The position numbers were made by a program, and so were the translations under genes. The notes under the pieces were generated by a model. It was given only the letters and a program-made list of their open reading frames with translations, was not told the origin of the DNA and ran no database searches. A DNA stretch of 54,146 bases from an uncultured archaeon (GTDB lineage: Archaea > Iainarchaeota > Iainarchaeia > JAADDC01). Below, piece by piece: positions 37,208 to 45,825 of this stretch (the stretch's first letter is position 1; each line of letters opens with the position of its first letter). The stretch covers positions 1-54,146 of the forward strand of contig CAYVHT010000001.1 in assembly GCA_964451455.1 (NCBI GenBank), given 5' to 3'.

Positions 37208-38302
37208 GTGCCAAAAATAAGCATCATCTTCGCGGCCTACAAGGAGCCAGGAACTGTATTGGACAACGTAAAAAAGATATATTCGGAATCTCAGGACGTA
37301 GAGTTCATCGTAAGTGCTGACGAATGGAAGAAAGAATACATCGCTGCTGTGAACGAGCTCCAGAAAAAGTACCCAATAACGTTCCTACACCACGAGAAGA
37401 GAATAGGTAAGGTAAACGGTCTAAACGAGGCCATAAATCACGCAAGAGGAAAAATACTCGTATTTCTAGATAACGACGTTGAAATCAAAGAAGGATTTAT
37501 AGCGGGCGTAGAGGATGCAATGCACCGCGGAGACGTCGGCCAGGGCGTCATCCACATACACGGCAACGACTGGATAGCAAGAGGCGCACGAATCGATTAC
37601 CTGGGCGTAAATGCGACTATAGCAATTGAAGAATACACAGGCATAGGATTTGGGGTTAACGGCGCATGCATACTTACAAAAAGAGAAGTTGTTGAGAAAA
37701 TCGGAGGATTCCGGCACGTTATAACCGAAGATTCTGACTTTGGAACACGAGCAAACGCTGCTGGCTTCAAACCAGTGTTGGCGCGCAAGGTTCACGTTAC
37801 AACAGGTGCTCCGAAGAACTACAAAAAATGGTGGAGGCAGAGGGCACGATGGGCAGTAGGAGAAATGCAGGCTGCAGCGATGAACAAGGAGTACCACGCT
37901 AAGCACCCTTTGGAGACTGTAGCACAGGCAACAACAGTGGTACCGTTCATATTCCCCTTTGTTATCCAAATGCTCGCGCCAGGACTGTTTGCGGCAAAGA
38001 TTGGGTACTGGCTAGCCGCAGCATTCGGAGTAATCAATCCAACAGCCCCGCTCATTGCAGCAGTACTTTACGCAGTCCTGTCCATAAGCAACCCAATCGT
38101 CACGTTGCTGAACATAGGAGTGCTCGGCGCATGGATATGGTACTGGCGAAAAGAGCTACAATTCAAGGAAATACGGCCTGAGGACATCGCTCTGTACTAT
38201 TTCTGGTACGGTCCCCTCTGGCTAGCCGTGCTCATCGGATCCATGGTATATGTGGGCATTAAGGGCATCAACATAAAGGAGTTCATGGGCTGGAGAACGT
38301 AG
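37208..38302 (+). CDS. Membrane glycosyltransferase family 2 (processive-synthase-like, QxxRW)
   Basis: ISIIFAAYKE, LDNDV (DxD), WWRQRARWAVGE (Q-R-x-R-W), C-terminal TM helices. Confidence 0.8.
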   Translation: MPKISIIFAAYKEPGTVLDNVKKIYSESQDVEFIVSADEWKKEYIAAVNELQKKYPITFLHHEKRIGKVNGLNEAINHARGKILVFLDNDVEIKEGFIAGVEDAMHRGDVGQGVIHIHGNDWIARGARIDYLGVNATIAIEEYTGIGFGVNGACILTKREVVEKIGGFRHVITEDSDFGTRANAAGFKPVLARKVHVTTGAPKNYKKWWRQRARWAVGEMQAAAMNKEYHAKHPLETVAQATTVVPFIFPFVIQMLAPGLFAAKIGYWLAAAFGVINPTAPLIAAVLYAVLSISNPIVTLLNIGVLGAWIWYWRKELQFKEIRPEDIALYYFWYGPLWLAVLIGSMVYVGIKGINIKEFMGWRT

Positions 38303-38331
38303 AAAGGATTAAAAACAGTGTGGAGCGGCGC

Positions 38332-38337
38332 TTATAA
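38332..38337 (+). promoter_or_regulatory. TATA-like box (TTATAA) for leaderless pyruvate kinase
   Basis: 29 nt upstream of ATG 38361. No SD. Confidence 0.35.
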
Positions 38338-38360
38338 CGACTTCTGGCAATTCTGAAAAC

Positions 38361-39701
38361 ATGCCAAAGCGAGTAAAGATTATAGCAACGATCGGGCCAG
38401 CTTCAGCAAACGAAGAGACCATGAAGAAGATGGTAGAAGCTGGGATGGACGCAATGAGAATTAACATGAGCCACGGGGATTATGAAGAGCATCAGCCAAA
38501 GATCGACATGTGGCGAGAGATCGCGCCAGACAAGCCCGTTATACTGGACCTCACGGGGCCGTCCATACGAACAAAAATTCCCAATCCGATAACTGTGAAA
38601 GAAGGTCAAAAGCTGGTAATTGGGAGGGACTTCAACGTATCGAGGTCCATACACGACGCGGTAGTTCCTGGAGATACAATACTCATAGACGATGGGACTG
38701 TGACGCTGGAAGTGGAGAGCATACGCGGGAGCAATATAGAAACTGTAGTCACTGTCGGCGGAACCATAAAGGACAACAAGAGCGTGAACATCCCCGGAGC
38801 TGAGATTAACTACACAGTCCCTACTGAAAAGGACCGTAAAGATATTCTATGGGGCATAAAGAACGATGTTGAGATCTTTTTCGCAAGCTTCGTGAACACG
38901 CCGAGAGATATAGCGCTCGTAAAGCAGTTTCTAGAAGAGAATGGGTCAGACGCTTGGGTCTTTGCAAAGATAGAGTCAAAGAGGGGTGTGGAAAACGCCA
39001 AGGAAATCACAAAGGTAGCCGACGGAATAGTGGTGGCAAGAGGAGATCTGGGCGTAGAGATACCTGTAGAAGTCGTGCCCCGCGTCCAGAAAGATCTGAT
39101 AACAGTTGCGAGGCGCATGGGCAAACCCCCTGTAGTTGCTACACAGATGCTCACCAGCATGATCGAAAACCCATACCCCACGCGAGCAGAAGTTTCAGAC
39201 ATAGCTAACGCCGTTTACGACGGTGCCTCCGCCCTCATGGTCTCCAACGAAACCGCTGTGGGCAAGTATCCCGTGGAGGTCGTGAAGACACTCACACGCA
39301 TAATAGTAGCCAACCAAGACGACGTAACACCCCTCGAAGACGTGGAATGGGAGGAAGATGCAGATGCCGTGGCGTACTCCGCTATAAAACTCGTTGAACA
39401 GATGAATGCCCAATACATAATCACACCTACTAGCACAGGGCGCTCTCCGAGGAAGATATCGAGGTTCACCCCAAGAGCTAAGATCTTGGCAATATCAGAC
39501 AACCCGCGACTGCTAAGAAAGACACAGATACTATATGGGACAGAGACGAAGCTCGTAGAAGATCCTCCCGCATACTCAACGTTCATGGCGCTGGTAGAAG
39601 AACTCCTGAAGGCGAAACGAATCGCCAAGGGTACTAATGTGGTCGGCGTCAACGTAGCAAGAAACGGAGGAACGCACACCATACGGGTCACAAGGGCATA
39701 A
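38361..39701 (+). CDS. pyk: Pyruvate kinase
   Basis: KIIATIGPAS, MRINMSHG, FAKIESKRGVEN, VARGDLGVEIP, ATQMLTSM motifs. Confidence 0.92.
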   Translation: MPKRVKIIATIGPASANEETMKKMVEAGMDAMRINMSHGDYEEHQPKIDMWREIAPDKPVILDLTGPSIRTKIPNPITVKEGQKLVIGRDFNVSRSIHDAVVPGDTILIDDGTVTLEVESIRGSNIETVVTVGGTIKDNKSVNIPGAEINYTVPTEKDRKDILWGIKNDVEIFFASFVNTPRDIALVKQFLEENGSDAWVFAKIESKRGVENAKEITKVADGIVVARGDLGVEIPVEVVPRVQKDLITVARRMGKPPVVATQMLTSMIENPYPTRAEVSDIANAVYDGASALMVSNETAVGKYPVEVVKTLTRIIVANQDDVTPLEDVEWEEDADAVAYSAIKLVEQMNAQYIITPTSTGRSPRKISRFTPRAKILAISDNPRLLRKTQILYGTETKLVEDPPAYSTFMALVEELLKAKRIAKGTNVVGVNVARNGGTHTIRVTRA

Positions 39702-40338
39702 GATGGACTACATGTGCCACCCGGTTCAATGGGGAAAATCCGTGCACCCATGGTGGCGAGAGATGTCCCTTCGGGACGCCCTCTCCCTTAGATATTCTTT
39801 TCAGAACACAGTCCATATCGTCGCAAAAATGGATGAACGTGTAGGCATTCCCAACCTCCCACGGCGTGTGCGCATCCGAAGAACCAACAACCGGAGCATT
39901 GTGCGCGATGGCATAAGCAAGGGCTCGCTCGTACGGTTTCCAAGATAAATACCGCGCGTTCAGAACCTCTACAACATACTTCTTTCGCGTGTGCAGATCA
40001 TAATTCAATAGAAGGGCTGTCTTTCGGCGAAAAGAGTCAAAAGGATGAGGGATCAAGGGCAAAGCGCCCTGATCGCGGATCCTATCAATCGTTTCTTCAG
40101 GAGAAAGCCCGGGAGGAATCTCTTCACTTAGGCCAAGCCCGATGATCTCTCCATGGGTTGTCATTATCTCCTCGCCAGGGATAACGATTACCTCGTCCGA
40201 AGAAACTAGTGTAAGACGATTATGGTCCGTTATCGCCACAGCGCCAAGCTTACGTTTCTTTGCAACACGTATGAGCGTCTCTGGGGCCATCATACCATCA
40301 GGAGAGAACCACGTGTGCGTATGCAGATCCACCCTCAC
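39688..40338 (-). CDS. PHP-domain metal-dependent phosphoesterase
   Basis: MRVDLHTHTWFSPDG, AITDHN, SSDAHTPWEVG. Confidence 0.8.
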   Translation of the reverse strand: MRVDLHTHTWFSPDGMMAPETLIRVAKKRKLGAVAITDHNRLTLVSSDEVIVIPGEEIMTTHGEIIGLGLSEEIPPGLSPEETIDRIRDQGALPLIPHPFDSFRRKTALLLNYDLHTRKKYVVEVLNARYLSWKPYERALAYAIAHNAPVVGSSDAHTPWEVGNAYTFIHFCDDMDCVLKRISKGEGVPKGHLSPPWVHGFSPLNRVAHVVHLMPL

Positions 40339-40406
40339 GTAAAGAAATGCGCAGCGGAATTTAAATAAGCATTTAAAATCAACGTTGCAGAAGATTTACT
40401 GCTGAT

Positions 40407-40481
40407 GGTCGGGGTAGTGTAGCCTGGCTAGCACACGGGACTGTGGATCCCGTAGCCCGGGTTCAAATCCCGGCCCCGACC
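40407..40481 (+). tRNA. tRNA-His (anticodon GTG) with genome-encoded G-1
   Basis: G(-1) then GTCGGGG-TA-GTGT-AGCCTGGCTA-GCAC-A-CGGGA-CTGTGGA-TCCCG-TAGC-CCGGG-TTCAAAT-CCCGG-CCCCGAC-C. G-1 can pair with C73. Confidence 0.9.
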
Positions 40482-40488
40482 CTCTCGC

Positions 40489-40503
40489 GCCGGTTGAACC
40501 GGC
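40489..40503 (+). other. tRNA 3'-trailer hairpin GCCGG-ttgaa-CCGGC
   Basis: Starts 8 nt after the tRNA-His 3' end. It competes with an outer stem, 40487-40494 / 40533-40540. Confidence 0.45.
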
Positions 40504-40543
40504 AGGGGTGAGCGGTGATCCCCTGTCCCTCCACCGGCGCACA

Positions 40544-40549
40544 TTTATA
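40544..40549 (+). promoter_or_regulatory. TATA box (TTTATA) of the three-gene operon
   Basis: About 25 nt upstream of the in-frame GTG GTG at 40572/40575. No SD, so the transcript is probably leaderless. Confidence 0.45.
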
Positions 40550-40571
40550 CCAGAACGTTGTCTTCTTTTTC

Positions 40572-41576
40572 GTGGTGGAAAGATGGGGCATACGAAAGAC
40601 GAAGCGGTTCTTGCTTGAACAGATTGAAGACAAGCCGTGGGAAGTTGGAAAGTTATCCAGAGCCAGGGGTGGCAACTACTACATACTATTCCTTAACCCA
40701 AGTAAGAAAATGGATGGCCACCAACTAATCACTTCGGCAATTGATACAATGCACAGACTTCAAAGGAGCTCTGCAGAAACGTTCAGCAAAGTAGATGCGC
40801 CAAAGCCGAGGCCAGTTGTGGCGTCTTTCCTGATAAACCCCATAGAATCACCACAATACGCCTTCCGTATGAATATAGTCCTTCCACACTGGGCGCTACC
40901 AACGTATGCACGAATCTACGGACCACGGCAAGTGAGCGATGCAAGCCTAGCACGAGCAATGAGTGATAAAATGACGGTTATGCGTGTACGGGGGCATGAA
41001 ATCCCAGTAAAATGGTTCATGCCAACAGATTTAAAGGTAAAAATACCTGCAGAAACAACCGTGGATTCGGAGAATATCCCCTTACACGTGTTAGGCGGAA
41101 ATATCCATGAAACTGCTGGATTGGCAGCATTGCTTGCAGAAAACAAGGATTGGAGGTTTGCCAGAAATATATACATAACAATCCCGGGACGTCTAAAAAC
41201 CCGATGGAAAAAAGCATTTGGACGAATTTTAACAGAGATTGACGCCCTAGCAACGAATGGAAAGAACGTGCACGTCATAGAAATCAAGAGCATTGGGCCC
41301 AGAACGATTCCGCGGTGGGATGAGATCGTGGTGTACAAGGCACAAGCGCTCATGCCGGGAATCAAATATATTGGCCAAACCCTTGGCCCGATGCGCACGA
41401 GAATATTTCCACATTTCGTCGCCGTGAGCAATAGCGAACATGTGGCCACAGAACTTGCAAACCGCGCGCTCATAACGCTGAAGCCACACGAAACGTTCCG
41501 CAAGCTCATGGTCCACGCAGTCTGGCCCTCCGATACAACACTCCTGAAACGGAGCTTCAAGGAGCCGTGGTGGTAA
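40572..41576 (+). CDS. Uncharacterised protein with Hjc-like PD-(D/E)xK nuclease signature (paralog A)
   Basis: HETAGLAALL ... EIDALATNGKNVHVIEIKS gives E...D-x12-E-x-K (D at 41241-41243, EIK at 41280-41288). The ORF-track start at 40515 is rejected because it reaches into the tRNA trailer. Start uncertain (GTG 40572 or 40575). Confidence 0.6.
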   Translation: MVERWGIRKTKRFLLEQIEDKPWEVGKLSRARGGNYYILFLNPSKKMDGHQLITSAIDTMHRLQRSSAETFSKVDAPKPRPVVASFLINPIESPQYAFRMNIVLPHWALPTYARIYGPRQVSDASLARAMSDKMTVMRVRGHEIPVKWFMPTDLKVKIPAETTVDSENIPLHVLGGNIHETAGLAALLAENKDWRFARNIYITIPGRLKTRWKKAFGRILTEIDALATNGKNVHVIEIKSIGPRTIPRWDEIVVYKAQALMPGIKYIGQTLGPMRTRIFPHFVAVSNSEHVATELANRALITLKPHETFRKLMVHAVWPSDTTLLKRSFKEPWW

Positions 41577-42424
41577 TGGCAACACGGGAAGACGTGAAAA
41601 AAGCAGTTGCTATCATTGCAGAGCCTCTGGTAGACAACGGCTGGGAACCATGGAGAGCAACTCACATAGAGAAAGAAGCATACTCTTTGCTCTTCACAAA
41701 GCCACGGAAAAAGGCAACGCTGGGATCCGCAGTGTGCGCGATTGCAGCAGCTCAGAACAGAGCAGCAAGAATCAAGTGGAAGCACGCACCACTCGTGATT
41801 GTCTTTCCCTTCGAAAAATATCGGCTAAATGTCACGATTCCAGCCAAGAGCGCGAGAGGCAAGCACACAATAAAAATTGGCAACACCGAGCTCAGAAGCT
41901 ACGCGAGGGCTGATAGAAAAATTGCAAGAGCAATACGGCCTGTGGTACAAGGAGCGTTGGCACATATGGCAGGTACAAGCGTTCAAGAAACCCTTGCGGC
42001 CGTAGCGTGGTACAAGGCAGTTCGTCCAGAATGCATGGCAAGAAACGTAGAGCTTACAGTTCCAACACCATACCCAGATACTATACGATTCAGGACTAGG
42101 ATGTTCAGAGACTTTGGAGTTACAATAGGGGAGTTTGATGGAATTAGCGTGATAAACGGAAGGATACGCGTGATGGAGGCAAAGGCAGCCAACGGCGGAC
42201 CGAGAAGATGGACGTACATCATTCGCCACAAGCTCATGTCATACTCTGGAGCTGTTCCGCGGTTGGGAAGAAATATCAAGGCGGATTTTGTCATCACAAG
42301 CAATAATGAGATCCTTGCAAGAGAATTCGCCAGGAGAACTGAGGATATGACAAGAAACGTGCCATTCGTCGGGCACACCCTGGCAGCATGGGTTGCGAAG
42401 GGGGTGCGCTGGGAATGGACGTGA
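41576..42424 (+). CDS. Uncharacterised protein with Hjc-like PD-(D/E)xK nuclease signature (paralog B)
   Basis: VQETLAAVAW ... GEFDGISVINGRIRVMEAKA (D at 42137-42139, EAK at 42176-42184). Collinear similarity to paralog A (W-E..LF..P.KK, ARN[IV], FV..SN.E..A.E.A.R). TAATG start/stop overlap. Confidence 0.6.
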   Translation: MATREDVKKAVAIIAEPLVDNGWEPWRATHIEKEAYSLLFTKPRKKATLGSAVCAIAAAQNRAARIKWKHAPLVIVFPFEKYRLNVTIPAKSARGKHTIKIGNTELRSYARADRKIARAIRPVVQGALAHMAGTSVQETLAAVAWYKAVRPECMARNVELTVPTPYPDTIRFRTRMFRDFGVTIGEFDGISVINGRIRVMEAKAANGGPRRWTYIIRHKLMSYSGAVPRLGRNIKADFVITSNNEILAREFARRTEDMTRNVPFVGHTLAAWVAKGVRWEWT

Positions 42425-42954
42425 TCATCAAAAGAAATCCGCGGAACATCGTGATCGTGACACCGTGGATCGTATTAAAGTATAGACGTGATGGAAACCT
42501 ACGAAAAATATTCTGGGAGTTCGTGCTCACGTGGAAAGCATTCCTGCACGGCGCTTCAGAAATACCTATGCTTTTCGGGCCGATTATTGTGAGAAAAACG
42601 GCAAAGGGAACGATTCTTGCAAAGGCTCCCATAGAAAAACTATGGAGGAATATGCTACACACCGTTGCTGAGCTTTCCAGGGCCGGAATAGACCACAAGG
42701 AAATCAGGCACCCGCAGTACCACATTATCGTAAAAGAAACCGGTGAGATATCCGTTCTCGACTTCGAGCGTGGAAAACTAACAAAGACTCCAAGAAACCT
42801 ATCACGATTCGTGGTATGGCTTTTAGAACGGGGATTGCCCGCACAAGATATCAAGAAAGTGCTAGAAAAAACAATCGTGCCGGAAAAAGATCGAAATGGT
42901 GCTATGCAGGCCGTTGAACGATATCTGCGAGCTTCTGGGCAAGAGCATCGATAG
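42415..42954 (+). CDS. Minimal protein-kinase-like protein (Bud32/RIO-like fold, non-canonical catalytic loop)
   Basis: IVLKYRR (beta3 Lys?), LSRAGIDHKEIRHPQYHIIV (compare HxDLxxxN), ISVLDFERGK (compare DFG). ATGGACGTGA overlap with the upstream gene. Confidence 0.45.
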   Translation: MDVIIKRNPRNIVIVTPWIVLKYRRDGNLRKIFWEFVLTWKAFLHGASEIPMLFGPIIVRKTAKGTILAKAPIEKLWRNMLHTVAELSRAGIDHKEIRHPQYHIIVKETGEISVLDFERGKLTKTPRNLSRFVVWLLERGLPAQDIKKVLEKTIVPEKDRNGAMQAVERYLRASGQEHR

Positions 42955-44059
42955 CATCAAGGGACAAAGGCTGCTTCGCGCTAAACGAAATAACATCTCT
43001 CACATCAAGGCCATCCAGCAGCGCGCGGATCTTCTGTTCGGAAGACGACCAGCCATGTGCCTCGATAACGTATATGGGCTTTCCCGACAGCAGACCTTTA
43101 TCCTTTACCGTTTCAAGGAAGAAACGAATGGGTGGAAACACGTCAGCATCATAAGTGGGGTACGCCACTACCACAGCGTCGGCACCGAGAACGAAGGTCA
43201 TAGCATACGACCAATCCTCACGCGAAAGATCAAGCACGTCCACAGTTACGCCCATGTCCTCCAGCAAGTGCACTAAGGCATCCACCTTCGAATAAACAGA
43301 ACCGTACATAGAGCCATAGAGGATGAGAACACGCCCTTCCCCGCGATTTTGGGACCAATCAGCATATAGATCAAGGATCTGGTCCAACTGCTCTCCAGAG
43401 TACAGTATCCCGTGACCAGGAGCGATGATCCTGGGCCGCAACGCGCGGATCTTGCCAAGAGCTGCAGACACGAAGCGGGCATACTTGGAAAGAACCGTGA
43501 CGTAATAACGACGGGCCTCTAAGAGGTAAGAATCCCAGTCCTCCGCGGAGAGATCAGGATAAGCACCATAAGCACCGAAAAGATCACATGTGAACGCGAT
43601 CTGTTCCTCCGGAACAAAAGTAACCATAGTTTCCGGCCAGTGAGTCCAGGGCGTATGAATGAATTTAAGCGTGACATCGCCGAGGGAAACAGAATCGCCG
43701 TCATTCACAGGAACAACATCTCCCGGCAGGGAAAAGAGCGATGCACCTGTCTGCGAGATCAAAATCTTTGCATGTGGTGCCCACTGGAGAAGTGCTTCGA
43801 TGGAAGACGAGTGGTCCGGCTCCATGTGGTTCACGACGATGTACTTCACCCGCTCAGGAGAAACAATCTGGGAGAGCTGTTCTATGAGCTCACTGGAAAA
43901 GCTCTCGTGGACAGTGTCTATAACAGCCGCACCATCAGAACCGACGACAACGTAAGCGTTGTAGTTCACTCCATCGTCCAAGGGCCAGAGAGACTCGAAA
44001 AGATCCGTCTCATTATCTACCACAGGAACAACAAACACATGCTCGGAGACCTTTACCAT
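42902..44059 (-). CDS. fprA: Flavodiiron protein (FprA-type: metallo-beta-lactamase-like + flavodoxin-like domains)
   Basis: NAYVVVGSDGAAVIDT, NHMEPDHSS (H-x-E-x-D-H di-iron motif), C-terminal flavodoxin-like VLILYGSMYGS. Confidence 0.85.
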   Translation of the reverse strand: MVKVSEHVFVVPVVDNETDLFESLWPLDDGVNYNAYVVVGSDGAAVIDTVHESFSSELIEQLSQIVSPERVKYIVVNHMEPDHSSSIEALLQWAPHAKILISQTGASLFSLPGDVVPVNDGDSVSLGDVTLKFIHTPWTHWPETMVTFVPEEQIAFTCDLFGAYGAYPDLSAEDWDSYLLEARRYYVTVLSKYARFVSAALGKIRALRPRIIAPGHGILYSGEQLDQILDLYADWSQNRGEGRVLILYGSMYGSVYSKVDALVHLLEDMGVTVDVLDLSREDWSYAMTFVLGADAVVVAYPTYDADVFPPIRFFLETVKDKGLLSGKPIYVIEAHGWSSSEQKIRALLDGLDVRDVISFSAKQPLSLDAIDALAQKLADIVQRPA

Positions 44060-44083
44060 AAGGATATTGGAAAGAATGCTCTT

Positions 44084-44878
44084 TTAACGATAGAACGCGA
44101 TGGCCGCATAATCCACGACGTTAGAATAATCACCAGTGACATCTCCGCTGTTTCCAAAGGCTAGCAGCTCAGCACGGGCGCCCAAGCGCTTGGCGTACTC
44201 CATAGCCGTCATTATGGGCCCAATACCACAGGCAGATACGTCATTTTCGCGGACGAATCTATAGAAGCCCTTCACATCCAGGTCTAGAATATACTGAATC
44301 GCAGCAAGATCCTTCTCACGACCCACTTCAGCAGGCACGTAGTGAGAAAAATCAGAAGACGCTATGAACAGAGTGCCGTCTGGCAAAGTATCTGCAAGGT
44401 CCTTCGCAGCATCAGGAGCCTGATACATCATCGTTACGGGAACAAAGGAAAAATCCCTATATATCCGCTGAAGAAAAGGCAGTTGAACTTCCACAGAGTG
44501 TTCGTAGTGATGTGCGTCGTAGTCCGCAACAGCAAAGGTAGAACGACCTAGTATGTGCGCTACAGCGTCTTCATCTATTGAAACAGCTCCCAGAGGCGTC
44601 TCCCATGCACCCTCTGGCCAGACGGACACCGCCGCACCGTAACCAGTATGGTTTGGACCTGCAATGACAATGTGCTCTGGCCGAATGGAAGCAATTGCTT
44701 TGTACGCGTGCGCAGCGATAGGCCCAGAGTAAACGTAGCCGGCATGCGGAACAACAACAGCCACGTAGTCCCTAGGGGGATAGTGTGGAGCATTCGCAAG
44801 GAATGAATCAACCATAGTAACTAGCTCTTCACGAGAAGAAGGATAGAAAAGCCCGGCAACGGCCGGGAGCCTGATCAC
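44084..44878 (-). CDS. MEMO1-family protein (AmmeMemoRadiSam system protein B)
   Basis: IRLPAVAGLFYPSS, VVPHAGYVYSGPIAAHAY, SSDFSHY. Confidence 0.85.
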   Translation of the reverse strand: MIRLPAVAGLFYPSSREELVTMVDSFLANAPHYPPRDYVAVVVPHAGYVYSGPIAAHAYKAIASIRPEHIVIAGPNHTGYGAAVSVWPEGAWETPLGAVSIDEDAVAHILGRSTFAVADYDAHHYEHSVEVQLPFLQRIYRDFSFVPVTMMYQAPDAAKDLADTLPDGTLFIASSDFSHYVPAEVGREKDLAAIQYILDLDVKGFYRFVRENDVSACGIGPIMTAMEYAKRLGARAELLAFGNSGDVTGDYSNVVDYAAIAFYR

Positions 44879-45513
44879 CGCCTACCACCTTCAAACTCGC
44901 TCAGAGGTACGTTAAACTCGTCGTAGCTCTTAATAATTCCTCTATTGAGCAAATACTCTCTTGCGAGAAGCCAGTAGATAAGAGCAAGAGCGCGCTTACC
45001 CCTGTTGTTGCCTGGGATTACCAAGTCTATGTTCTGGAATGTGTTGTTCGTGTTGCAGATTGCTACAACGGGAATACGCACCTTTGCCGCTTCGTCTATA
45101 GCTTCCTTGTCTGCCACGGGATCAGATACGAAAACAACCGCGGGCTCCAGGAACTCACGGGCCTGTGGGTTAGTGAACGTACCCGGTACGAAACGACCTA
45201 CAATGGCCTTTGCCCCAATAACTTCTGCAAACTTGCGGGCAGCGTGCTGAGCGTACTTCCTCCTCGCAACCACGACGATATCTCCCGGCTCGTAGTTAGC
45301 CAAGAACTTGCCGGCCATACGGATACGCTGGTCGATCTTCTGTATGTCCATAACGTTTAGGCGGTCTGGACGAGTCTTAAAAATGAACTTGCGCATAAAT
45401 CCAGTCCTAAAAACGGTTCCTATGTGAATACCCGATGACAGATACTGCTCTACAGGTACCAACAGACCAGATTCCTTCTTAGAAGCTTTTTTTGCGCTTT
45501 TTTTCTCCACCAA
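44875..45513 (-). CDS. rps2: Ribosomal protein S2 (uS2)
   Basis: LLVPVEQYLSSGIHIGT ... LNVMDIQKIDQRIRMAGKFL ... VVAICNTNN. AGGAGGTG SD then TTG 45513 / GTG 45510. The ORF-track extension to 45696 runs into non-coding repeats. Confidence 0.9.
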   Translation of the reverse strand: MVEKKSAKKASKKESGLLVPVEQYLSSGIHIGTVFRTGFMRKFIFKTRPDRLNVMDIQKIDQRIRMAGKFLANYEPGDIVVVARRKYAQHAARKFAEVIGAKAIVGRFVPGTFTNPQAREFLEPAVVFVSDPVADKEAIDEAAKVRIPVVAICNTNNTFQNIDLVIPGNNRGKRALALIYWLLAREYLLNRGIIKSYDEFNVPLSEFEGGRR

Positions 45514-45616
45514 ACCTAGCACCTCCTGCTGGGCAACGGGGTAAACCCCGCCACCCCTCGGAAGGATTGGAAAGAGAATTGTTAAAAGCATTCGCGCAGC
45601 TGCCATCCCGGCCGAC

Positions 45617-45715
45617 GTGAAGCTAACGCCTGTCCACGACAGGCAATTGTGCGAGAAGTCATGCGATAGTCTGCCAAGCGAAGGAAGTGAGCGCACGCCG
45701 GATGCGGGCCACCAG
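45617..45715 (-). repeat. GC-rich two-block element, copy B (blocks 45673-45715 and 45617-45657)
   Basis: The reverse complement aligns to 3037-3134 (see copy A). Confidence 0.75.
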
Positions 45716-45764
45716 CGGCTGCCGTGTCAGCCGGCACCACGGAGGGTTCCTTCGGAACCCTGCC

Positions 45765-45799
45765 ATTGTGTGGTCGGTTGCAGAGCAACCGGCCTCGCG
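45765..45799 (-). repeat. 35-nt hairpin repeat, copy 2
   Basis: attgtgtggtcGGTTGCagaGCAACCggcctcgcg. The single difference from copy 1 lies in the loop. Confidence 0.85.
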
Positions 45800-45807
45800 T
45801 AAAGCGC

Positions 45808-45825
45808 CAGCCGATTTTGCGGCTG
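45808..45825 (-). other. tRNA 3'-trailer hairpin CAGCCG-caaaat-CGGCTG
   Basis: 6-bp stem starting 1 nt after the tRNA-Leu(CAG) discriminator. Confidence 0.5.

Noticed and set aside
40482-42954. The three-gene operon as an integrated mobile element at tRNA-His
   Set aside because: I found no duplicate of the tRNA-His 3' end downstream, no integrase or transposase, and no obvious compositional break. Proximity to a tRNA alone is not evidence. It is kept as a chromosomal operon of unknown function.
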